A DNA stretch of 63,786 nucleotides, the filler included, from Reticulomyxa filosa (taxonomy: Eukaryota > Protista > Foraminifera): assembly GCA_000512085.1 (NCBI GenBank). It is 17 parts of 17 records of this genome, joined end to end, with 100 filler letters (N's around TTAATTAATTAA, not from the genome) between each part and the next. Parts side by side here need not be neighbours in the genome. Positions count along the whole stretch, not along the records: positions 25,518 to 29,633 come from ASPP01022438.1; positions 29,734 to 33,593 come from ASPP01017222.1; positions 33,694 to 35,689 come from ASPP01001034.1; positions 35,790 to 40,269 come from ASPP01006701.1; 13 more parts are not named here. One strand, written 5' to 3'. The position numbers were made by a program, and so were the translations under genes. Below are positions 25,623-36,609 of the stretch, piece after piece; position 1 is the stretch's first letter, and each line of letters begins with the position of its first letter. The notes beneath the pieces are model-generated. The model was not told where the DNA came from. It did not search any database and saw only the letters and a list, made by a program, of their open reading frames with translations.

Positions 25623-27967
25623 GTGGTGAAACATGTAACTGAATTCAAAATTCCAATTGAAAAAATATTAGCAGAAGGGTTGGCAACATTGTATGTTAAT
25701 TATCTAAATGAGGAAACATTATTACGACTAGTTGACACGTTTTGTGTCGAAGGTTACAAGGTTTTGTTTCGAGTTGGGGTTGCATTATTGATCAATGCTG
25801 AAGAAGCTTTACTTGAAGCAAAGTATTGTGTTTTGCCACTCGAAAGAGATACATATACAAATATACATATATGTACACGTATATAAAAGAGGGGGGAGGG
25901 GAGGAGGAGGGACACAAGACAACAAAGAAAAATGAATCTCATTGCATGTATGTATATGCGTGCAACCAACAAAAAAAAAAAAAGAGATATGAGCCAATTC
26001 CGTGACACTTTAATCGAGAAATCAAAAAAACTTTGTCCCAGTGAATTGTATGATTTGGCAAAAGAGGCAAAGTTCAGTCGCAGTCGCTTTGCGAAATTGG
26101 AGAGCTTGCACAAGGAGACGCTGTTACCATCGACTCGATGTGAAGAGGAGGTGGCTCGAAGATGGCCCTCGTGGAACCCAGATTGGCCAAAGCAATCAAA
26201 CATCTTGAAACATAAGGCCGACTTTCTGTTGTTGTGGGTGTGGCTGCCACCGCATTGCCACATTGGTGATTTCCAAATGCTGTTCAACACCGACCAGGAT
26301 GGCTACCAATTGTCGACACTGTATCAAAAAGTATCCCTTTTTTTTTTTTTTTTTTACACATACGTGCACATGCACATGCACATGCAGTGAATGACCTTTT
26401 TTGCAAAATAATATATGACTAGTGTTCTGGGCGACAAAATCTATTGGTGCTAATCAAAACCACGACTGGAGAGTCGTTTGGCTTTCATGTGTCCTCGTTG
26501 CACGACGCTCCTCAAAATCGACGTTATATCGACATGCAAATACTCGCGTTTTTGTTGGAATACCCCAACGACGATTTGGCGGCGAGACAAGTGTTCGAAC
26601 CCCCCCCATATTCACTTTGAATATTTGCGCAACCAACCCATTCGAACTATGAGTCTGTTTATTCCCCAATCCGACATTGCCACGCTGCAAGAGGCATCAA
26701 GTGACCCTCTGTCCTCGGTCTCGTCCACAAACAAAGAGCTGTTCGACAATCCCGGATATCTCATTCCTTCCATCTCGTCCCCTATTGTCACAGTCTCCGC
26801 CAATTTCATTGCTCCCTCCGCTTCTCCCATTGTGACTGCCGACGACGTGCTCGTCAAGCAAAGCAGTGACGAAAGAGCAAAAGACAAGACCGTGTCGTTC
26901 CTCGTTCAGTCTCAAGACCCCAAGAGCGACGACGACGACGACATGGTAGATGACTTTGTCAAGGTCGATGTTTCTACCAGCAAACAAAGCGAGGTCATTT
27001 CATTGGAAAGTTCGAGTGATAATAACATTATCGTCAACATCAACAACAACAACAACAACAACAACGGCAACACTATGGAGAAAAAAAAGACGGAAGAGCC
27101 CAATACGGAAAAGGAAGTCATCACTGATACCATTGTGAGTGACCCGATCAATGATAATGGCAATGACAACAAAATGGAACAAACGGAATCCAATACAAAT
27201 CCAAATCCAAATCCAAACAAAACTGCCGAATCCTCGAATGACAATTGCTCTTTGGTGCCATCTGTTCCACAACCAAAAACACTTCGTATGGTCTCGATCG
27301 AGGAACAGTATACGGACGAGGAGTTTGCACTGTTCAAATATCACGGCACCAAATCGCAAATGCGAAAAATCTCATCCAGAATCGTCTCGCCGTCTCAACA
27401 GCACGTAAACACTGACGAAACCTCCGTTGGCTGTTCGCTGCACGATGTTGAAACCAACAAAACGGACAAAAAAAAAGAACAAACTGAAGTCTTGGGGTCC
27501 GCTGTTCCTAGATTCGACCTTTCGTCCGTTCCGGAATCACATGTCTCGTCCACTGCAGATCCGCCTCCGAATTGCGACGAAAAAAAAGAAAATGATCAAG
27601 GACACAACCAAGACAAATCAAATTGCCAAAAAAAGAGACGATCCGGAGTGCCAAAATTACATGAAAATGATAAGCATAAGACTACTGTCATCTTTGCAAA
27701 CAGAGATTATTTGGCAATTGGAGACGGGTATTATTTTTATTCATGACAATTGTCAAAACATATCTCTTTATCGAAATTTCATGAGGCATTGTAATATACA
27801 CAAAATAAAAACAACACACTTATAGAGATATTAACGCAATCTATTTGGATAAAAATTTGAACAATGGCATATCAAGGAAATGTGCTGCATTACGATGTCC
27901 TCGTCTGGTTGATAACCCAACTGGTGACTTTCAAGTTTCTTATGTTGAAGTTTGGTGTGTAGAATAG
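25623..27967 (+). CDS. TBC + TLDc domain protein (TBC1D24-like), 5' truncated, spliced
   Basis: TBC end LLRLVDTFCVEGYKVLFRVGVALL. TLDc motifs LWVWLP...LFNTDQDGYQLSTLY, LVLIKTTTGESFG, YLAIGDG, AIYLDKNLNNG and FQVSYVEVW. One frameshift in the C8 run at 26600-26607. Confidence 0.85.
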
Positions 27968-28182
27968 TAATTTTTGGCAATCATAAATGCTCTTTTAAAA
28001 GGCATATTTAGTCATCACGATTGTTGTTTCGAAAGTTTCTTTGCTGTTGATGCTCTGAATTGTTTCAATAATTATCTTGTCTACTATTTTTTTGTTGTTG
28101 ATACTTTTTCTGCTATATCATTATAGCTCTTGAAGCTTCACAGCGCACAAGAAAACTCCTTTCTTGTCTGAAAAATAGTTAA

Positions 28183-28605
28183 GATGAACAACATTCCACT
28201 GATACTGAACAACAGCCTATTCAAAATAAAATTGAAAATAAATCCAAACAGGAAAATAAAAAAATAAAAACAATTAAATCTGATACATCAAATAATCAAT
28301 TAAATACTAGAAAACGTAAACATCCAAGTGGATCAACTAAACTCGTTGTTAAAAATATACCTTTTGAAGCGAATCGTAAAGAATTAAGACAATTATTTAG
28401 TGCTTATGCAAAAATGAAATCTTTACGATTACCACAAAAAGTTACTGGAGGTCATAGAGGTTTTTGTTTTATTGAATTTGAAACTTCCAAAGAAGCAGAA
28501 AATGCTATGGATGCATTACGTTCTACTCATTTTTATGGAAGACATTTAGTTATTGATTGGGCTAATGAAGATCCTCAAAATACAAAAAAACAACGTCTTG
28601 TTTGA
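28183..28605 (+). pseudogene. Isolated C-terminal RRM of RBM19/Mrd1 (orphan last exon or gene fragment)
   Basis: TKLVVKNIPFEANRKELRQLFSAY..KSLRLP...HRGFCFIEF...AMDALRSTHFYGRHLVIDWA. The frame opens after a TAA at 28180 with no upstream Met. Confidence 0.75.
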
Positions 28606-30149
28606 TTATGAAAAAACAAATTGAGAAAAATTTTTAATTGATTTAAATTTTCTTTGAGTATTATTTTGCTTGTTTTAACAAGGGCACATGGATTGTCAAC
28701 TAAATTCTTTTTAATATCTCAAATCCTAAAAAATAAGTACATATTTTTTATTATTCTTAATGTTCAGTAGAACCATTTTCTTGATGATCTAGTTTTTTTT
28801 ATTTTCACTTTTTTATTTTTGAATGAAAAAAATTGTTGAGTTCAACACTCTTTAGCAAAAAAAAGACAAAAAATTATAATAAGTTGAAAATCTTTGTGGA
28901 TATTGATGAGATTAGTGATGATGATTGGACTTGTGTTGTCCACTTTTTTTTTCAAATATATATAAATCAAAAAAAATAAAACAAAAATAAAACAGTTAGT
29001 GCAAATTGCACATCAAACATCTTCATTATTTAATTACACTAAAAAAAACAAAACAATTTGAAACAATAACAATACATTTTTGAACACGACAACAATCCTT
29101 GACCTTCAGCCATCGATACTAATACATTCACTTCAACTTTTACACTTGTCCGATGCGATTTTTTGAAGGTCTATCAAACAAAAACATCAACTTGGGTTTA
29201 AAGTATTTTATAAAATATCATACAAATAGAGACAATTATAAAAAAAAAATTACCTGATTGGCTTCGATTTTACGCATACCGATTATCCACTTGATACGCG
29301 CAATTTAATAACATTGATTTGATCATAATTGTCAAATCACAAATATCTTTATGGAGAAAATGATATGAGAATTTACTTGTGGATGTGGCTCATAAAATTT
29401 AATTTTGTTGACAATTTGACTTGAAAATTGCCAAATCTTCTACGTCTTGCACCATTATCACTGCTATTGCTGTCACTATTGTCGTTGCTGTTACCATTGT
29501 CGCTGGAAATTCACTGCAGCATCAATAACAACAGAAATAGCAATATCATGACCATCTGCTTCCAAGTGCATCACAAACAGTCAAATATCAAATTGTGCAA
29601 TTCAACAAAGAATCGCTTTTCATTCTAGTCTGTNNNNNNNNNNNNNNNNNNNNNNNNNNNNNNNNNNNNNNNNNNNNTTAATTAATTAANNNNNNNNNNN
29701 NNNNNNNNNNNNNNNNNNNNNNNNNNNNNNNNNATAGATATTTGTTCAATGATGAACAAATACATTTATTGGAGAAACAACATGTGCGCACCTTGTAATA
29801 CGGCTTCCATGACTCGACAAATTGGGCTTCCAGCAGCAACAATTCGATCATGAGGTTGCCAAATTTACTTTCATTTACTGCAACCATCGATATTGCTACT
29901 GCTACCGTTACTGTTACTGTTGTCATTACGCTGGTAACTCGCTGAAGCACCAATGACAATGTCACAGTAAAAACGTGTCCATCCGCATTCCAAAACTTCG
30001 TTGATATACCTTGGAATATCTATTAAAATATCTCAAGCAACACAATCACATACATACAAGTAAATAATCAACATGCGTATAAAAATATTGTGTTGCTAAT
30101 AGTATTGAATATGTACATATAAAAAACTTTTTCAAACAATGGATCCAAA

Positions 30150-33100
30150 CACGATTATAATGACAGGGAATATGCGCACATAAGTGACCAACCGAATAAC
30201 AGCAAGCAAGGGGGCTCGACTGCTGGCATGGAATGCTGTTCATTTATCCATTCAGCAGGGCCCAGCACAATCAATACATTGCCAATATCCAAGCTTTTTT
30301 TTAATTCGCTAAATAATGGAGCGACTTTTGAATCGTCGGTACAATCATCGACTGGCAGGACGTTGTTACTTTTTGTAACAGCATTAGTTCTCCGCGCGTA
30401 CCAAATCAAATCGTGGAATACAGCGTGACACCCAAATACTGACGCGCACAATACTAGTCCTATGTGTTGGAACAATTGACAAATTAGTAAAAGAGGATAT
30501 GGACTACGTTTTGTCGTTGTTGTTATAAGTATCACTGGCGCTGCGCTTGACATTGTCACACCAGGCAAGAAGCTTCCATTGGGGGGCGCACTATGTGAAA
30601 TTAGTCCATACATAAGAGCGCGCCAAGCCGACACTCGCGAGTGTGTGAAGAGCCATTTAATAACTAACGTAAGTAGACAGACGATTTTTTTTTTTTTAAA
30701 AACAAGTCCAACGCGGTATCCTTGAAATCTTCTTCTGTTCATTATTATCATCATCGTCCTCCTATCTTCTTCTTCTTCTTGTTTGCTGCTGTCATTGCGA
30801 CACCGCAATATCGATATCGTTTCCATTTGCGTGATATTATCGAATCTTTTTTTTTCTTTCTTATTTACAAGTTTGCTTTCATAGTTGGACAGCATCAAGA
30901 TTCATATTTTCTGCGATTGGTCTGGGGCGACTTTTTATTTCAACTGTTTCAATTGCATGTTATAATTGATATTTTCTAAAATACCAAATTCATCCGATCT
31001 CGTCGCCTTCGTAATGAGAAATACACTTTGGCATTGGATAATGATCGTTGCTGGAAATTCTCGCATCAATCAATATTCGTCCATTCAACAATTTTTAGAT
31101 TGAGGGTATCATTTATATTTGCTTTTTTTGGACGTATTCTCGCTGTTGTTCTTCTTTCTTGAGCACCGTCCTCCGTAGTCAATAGCCGATCCCGGAGACA
31201 GCTGAGCAAAGATGATAGGCGTTTGCTCGACAAACGCAAGGCAAACAACTCTTGCAGCGATGGAGCCAAAAAATGCAACTATCTCTCTATCTCTATTCAC
31301 CGATCGACAATGCTCAACGTCGCCCGCGAGCTCATGATTCAAAATCCAAGTTGCGCATGTGAGCACACACACACGACCACTTTCGGCACAAGTATTCAGT
31401 CTCTGGGTTAGCAAAATTAGCGCCATTTCCATGACGACTGAGTGTTTCTTGTTCGGTGGTGCCAGTGGATTGCATTTCGACGTCTTTTTTTGGTGCTTTG
31501 TCGCGCCAACAATTATCCGCAGAGACTTTTGTGCTTGTAAAAGTTCTTTCCAATGCTTTGGGTCGCCACTGCTTGACATTGTCACACTCGCACTTTCCAT
31601 TGGGGGGCGCGACATGATAAGTTAGTCCATGCATGCGATTGGCGAATTTGAGCGTTTCTGGACATAAAGAACATTTTCATCGCCAAAAGCCGGCCGACTG
31701 ACTGTTCTTTTTTTTTTTTTTCTTTTTAAACAAGTCCAACGCAATTCGGACTTGATATCGTTGTTCTTCTCTTCATCATCATTCTACTCCTTCTACTAAT
31801 CTTACTATTCTTGCTTGCCTGTGTCTTGAGAGTTTCGCACACTAAATTGGACATTCTTACATGTGATGATTCACACGATGCAGTGGTTTGCTCGATCGTG
31901 ATGTCGACTTTTCTAACAACTTTCACGTCATTTTCTCCATCGTTTTCCACTTCTTGGTCGGTCCAGTCGCTGCCGCCGCTGCTACACCATAACGTCGACA
32001 CGCCTTCACTTTGCTTGATATCGCCGTCTTCTTTTTTTTTTTTTTGGCGAACTTGCTTTTATATTATCGTCTATATTATCTGCAATTGATATGTGATAAT
32101 CTTACCAACTGTTTTAACTTAATATCGCGATGTCTTCCAACTACAAATCCATCTGCTATCGTCGCTATTGTGATTAGAGACACACTTTGAACTGATCGAA
32201 TGAACTTCAGCATTTGCAATGATTGATTATACCATTTTCACTTCCTTCTATATCATTAGACGTATTCGCTGTTATTCTTTTTTCTTTCTTTCTTGAGTGC
32301 CATCCAACACATCGTCCGTATTCCAAGTCGATCACTGATGCAGTTCAGCAAAGATAACAGGCGCTGCTAGACAAACGCGAGACACACAACTCTTGTAGCG
32401 ATTGAGCCGGAAAATACAATAAGCTATATCTCTTTCTTCACTGATCAACAATGTCAAATGTTTCGCGAGCTTACGATTTCTCCAGTCAGTAGACGTACGA
32501 TTCAAAATCTAAAGTTGAGAATGTGCGTAAGCATACGAACAGTTTTTGATTATGCGATAACGACCGAGTTTTCATTATTCATTTACACTTCAGATCACAT
32601 TTCGACACAATCTTTGATGCCGCCAAGAGTTATCCGCATGGCGTTTGTGCGCCTACGTTGAAGGCAAATAATTGTTCTAATGCTTTGAGTTGCCATTGCC
32701 AGACATTTGCACAATCCTTTAGCATTTTTCATTGGGGCACGATATGGTAAGTTCGCCCACGCCCGCAAGAGATGAAGTTGTGCTTTTCCGGATACGAATA
32801 ACAATTTCATAACCAAATTCAACAAAAATTCCAACTCGACATTGACTTTATCCTTTTTCTTTTCTTCATTCACATCGCCATCTTTCTTTCTTGAATGCAA
32901 TGGTTCGACTTGATTTTTGAGTAAGCCAAAAGTTCATATGCGCATCACGTTCAACAATCACGTCAACTCGAATCCAACGCGAGCGAATACAAAGCGGCGA
33001 TCCGCATTTCATTGTTCTCCGGGAGTAATCTCCAGTTTTTTCATTTTCCAATTTATTTATCTTCTCTTACACTTTTTGTCTTTTTTTTCCTTTTTCTCGT

Positions 33101-33562
33101 TGTCATCTTTTTTTTTTCTCATTGTCATCTTTTATTTATTTATTCTTCTTTTACATTTTTCAACTTTTTCATTTTCAAATATTTTTTTCTTTTCTTTTTT
33201 GTTTTTTATTCTTTATTTTTTTTCATTTTCTTAAATAAAAAATTTTCCAACTTTTTTCTATTATTTTTCAATCATTTTTTACCAATTTTCTTTTACCCAA
33301 ATTTTCCCCTTATTTTCTTTTCCCAAATTTTCCCTACACTCTCGAATAGAAGTAAAAATAAAAAATAAACAAACATTTTTGACTCTTGAACCCTATGAAT
33401 ACAATCACAAATTGAAATAATTTTTTATTTAAAAAAACAAATAAAAACATACATTTGTTGCTGAGCTAAAAAGCTCAAATTCCAATCATCTATTTCTTTT
33501 TTTCTTTTGTAACGGTAAGGGGGGGGACAAATAATTTTTTTTTGATGGGGGGCATGCCTATT
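30150..33562 (-). repeat. Three degenerate ~1.0-1.1-kb tandem units of a decayed coding family, plus a conserved leader
   Basis: 31150-31340 aligns with 32285-32470. The motif cattggggg... recurs at about 30577, 31599 and 32730, and aa(g/t)tccaac at about 30705, 31733 and 32828. Confidence 0.7.
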
Positions 33563-35096
33563 GACAAACACACAAGCATTTGATTAAAAAAAANNNNNNN
33601 NNNNNNNNNNNNNNNNNNNNNNNNNNNNNNNNNNNNNTTAATTAATTAANNNNNNNNNNNNNNNNNNNNNNNNNNNNNNNNNNNNNNNNNNNNTTTTTTT
33701 ACAAAACAAAAATACCATCTTTACAAGTTTACACACAATGGCGCCAGCTCGTCATCAAAATGCACACACAATGTAGTCAACGACCATGATGTTGTGAGAT
33801 CATGTGCACTTATGATGCATTGTATTTTTTTTAAAATATGTTTTTATGTGATTTTTTTGTTGATAGTGTTTTCTTTTTGTGTTTTGTAACATATTTATTC
33901 GAAATTAATGTTTTTAGTTTTTGATTTTGCTATTTTTGATACAATGCTATATACTTTTTCTCAATAATTCTCGCAAAAAAAATATTGCAACTTTTTAGTA
34001 TAAATATTCACTGCAATTATGAAAACAAAAAAATTTTACGATTATAAAATGAAATTAAATATATCAAAAGTAATATCACAACAAAAGGAAATAATTTAAC
34101 ATTGTTCGCTCAATCATTAATTTAAAAGCGAATTTTTTAAAAATTAACAAAAGAAGTTCGTATAAAGAGCTTTTTATTTATGTGATTTATTTTTTTTTAT
34201 AATATGTATTTGACTTTTGTTCACCATAACATTAAGAAAAAATTTTCTAATTAATAAGGTGTCATATTAGTTCCAACATTATCAACTTAATGCACCATAC
34301 CCTCTCCCACAACTTTGCAACGGACAAACCATACAAAAATAAACAGCAATAAATTTAACATAATTTCAATCTCTATCCATCCAATTAAAGAATTTTTACC
34401 GTAAAAAAAGAAAACGCTCAGTATTGTAATATTTTTTATCTAAATATATTTCATATTTCATATTTCATCAAAATTTATATATATTTAATTGCTGCATACT
34501 AAAGGCAGTGCCAATAAACGCGCTAAAAAAGTACGCTCCATGGACAAATTTTTTTGTAAATCAATTGAACCAGGAGTTTGTTGTTTTCAGTTAGTTGTGC
34601 GTGAAAAAAACGCATACAAACAAAATTCAATTTTTTTTTCAAAAAAGGAGATGGAACAAAGTTAAAAGTGAATGACATCAGCAAATTTATATATCCATTG
34701 AATGTTGCCTAGATCGTTCACTGGCTTAATAATCAGGCTTGCTTTTTGCACTTTATTTTCAATGATTTTTAAATAATGTTTGAAAGTATTTTTAAAATTT
34801 GTAGTGTTTTTGCATAACTTGCGGGTATTATCTTTAAAATATTGTTTTATTTTATAAATAAAATCTTGTAGAAGTAGATATTTTTTGAGTTGATTGTATT
34901 GTTCACATGAAAGAAAAGAACAGTTAAAAAAAGTCATTTAAAACCAAAGTTTTTCAAATGGATTTTAGCATACTTAAAAGTAATAAATGCATCACCAATG
35001 CAACACACAGACAAATTATTTGAGGAAGAGACAGGTTAATCCTATCTCCTTCCTTTCTAATAGAAAAAATCTCAATACATTGTGAAAGACAAGAAG

Positions 35097-35689
35097 TTAT
35101 GTCTCTCTGACTAATATTCCATAGACACGAATGTCATTCGAATTTCGCACAGACCATATGGAATCATTAGACTGTGGAGTCAGTGTATTGGCTCCAGGTT
35201 TAACTGCCACTTGAAAAATATACTCAAACTTCTTTTTGCCGTTGATAAGATCAATTTCAGTTTGGCCAATGTAGCCACATCCACGATTATAAAAATTTGG
35301 ATCGGGTGAGCAGTAGACTCCAGGTCCATAGGCATGGTTTTGTGCTAGAGAAATTCAGTTTGATAGATTACTCATCGCATCAATAGGTGTGAAATTTTCG
35401 CACGATGCATTTCCTGTCCCATGATATGCCCTCCACCAGTTTTCAGGGTCCTTTTTTTTTTGTTCGTGTACTTGCTTTGGTTCGCAAAAGCAGTGTTTTG
35501 ACTTTTCTTGGCAACTTTGAAAAAAGATTGGAGCCAAAATAAACAAAATGAAAACATACCGCAAAAGGATGGAGCCATTTGTCGTCTCCATACTTACCCA
35601 AAACTTTTAATCCGTATCGGGTCCATCCCATTGGCTGTCGATAGTTTTTTTTAAGTCCTTCTGGTCCAAGCTCATAGGTCGAGTTTTGG
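35097..35689 (-). CDS. NEURL4/Gig2-like (H-Y clade) ADP-ribosyltransferase domain, C-terminal part of a gene
   Basis: YRQPMGWTRYGLKVLGKYGDDKWL, intron 35559-35451, WRAYHGT, AYGPGVYCSP, YIFQVAVKPG, IWSV, DIRVYGILV. In-frame TGA at 35357-35355. Confidence 0.8.
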
Positions 35690-35789
35690 NNNNNNNNNNN
35701 NNNNNNNNNNNNNNNNNNNNNNNNNNNNNNNNNTTAATTAATTAANNNNNNNNNNNNNNNNNNNNNNNNNNNNNNNNNNNNNNNNNNNN

Positions 35790-35935
35790 GACGTAACTGA
35801 AAGGAATTCAGTAGACTATATTTGGAAAGTGGGTACTCAAAGTGGTTTATCAATGAAAAGTAGTATTTGGAAAGATACAAAATGTGTAACCTCTCAACAA
35901 AAATTGCTTGTGAAGCAACGTGGTGGAATATTTTG
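35790..35935 (+). CDS. 3' tail of a NACHT-WD40 family gene (contig edge)
   Basis: DVTERNSVDYIWKVGTQSGLSMKSSIWKDTK..SQQKLLVKQRGGIF* is homologous to the tail at 52040-52186. Confidence 0.85.
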
Positions 35936-36023
35936 ATGTTTTTTTATATTTATTGTGTGTAAATAAAATTCATTTTTAAGTATTATTGTTAAATACATTT
36001 ACTCTTTCAGCAAAAACTATATT

Positions 36024-36150
36024 AAGTTGCAGAAAAAACTGGCATACATAAATGGTACCTGTATGAGTAGAATCAATTTCCTCCATGAAAAATCAACATT
36101 TAAACCTAATTTTTTAAAATGTCTGCAAATCTTGTAGTTTTTAAATATGA
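36024..36150 (+). repeat. Conserved non-coding dispersed repeat (copy at 43305-43437 in reverse complement)
   Basis: Shared ctccatgaaaaatcaacattta.acctaattttt...aaaat.tct.caaatctt.tagtttttaaatatga. Confidence 0.8.
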
Positions 36151-36609
36151 AATTGATTTTATAATAACTTTTTTTAAGTTGGTTAAACTCAATGTTTTTT
36201 CATATGATTTTTGAAAATTTCATAGTAATGCATATAAATCATGTAATTATTGTTAATAGTCATTTCAACAACTTGGAGGCGTATTTAATGCCCTTCATGT
36301 CGTCGTTCGCTACAATGTCTCAACGTAGACACAATTTTAATATTTCTTTGTTAATTGTTCGGTGTTTCTACAACTGATTTAGTAATTAAGTGAATATTTA
36401 GGTTGTGCTATCTTAAGATATTTCAGTTTATCTTTCTCTCATTGGTTATTGGAATACCTTTTAGCACTAACAAAATGATACAGAAAGTGACTTTCTTTAA
36501 TGCTAGCAACTATTTTTTTTTGTTCATATATTCTGTGTTGCAATTTTATCCAATTTTTATACACATGAACTGTTTGCAAGTGAAAAAAAGACAAACAATT
36601 TTTACTAAT

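Noticed and set aside
31612-31680. KCSLCPETLK...TYHV as a BED/SWIM zinc finger (transposase)
   Set aside because: That frame has a stop shared between copies and the cysteines are not conserved. Another frame is the conserved one.
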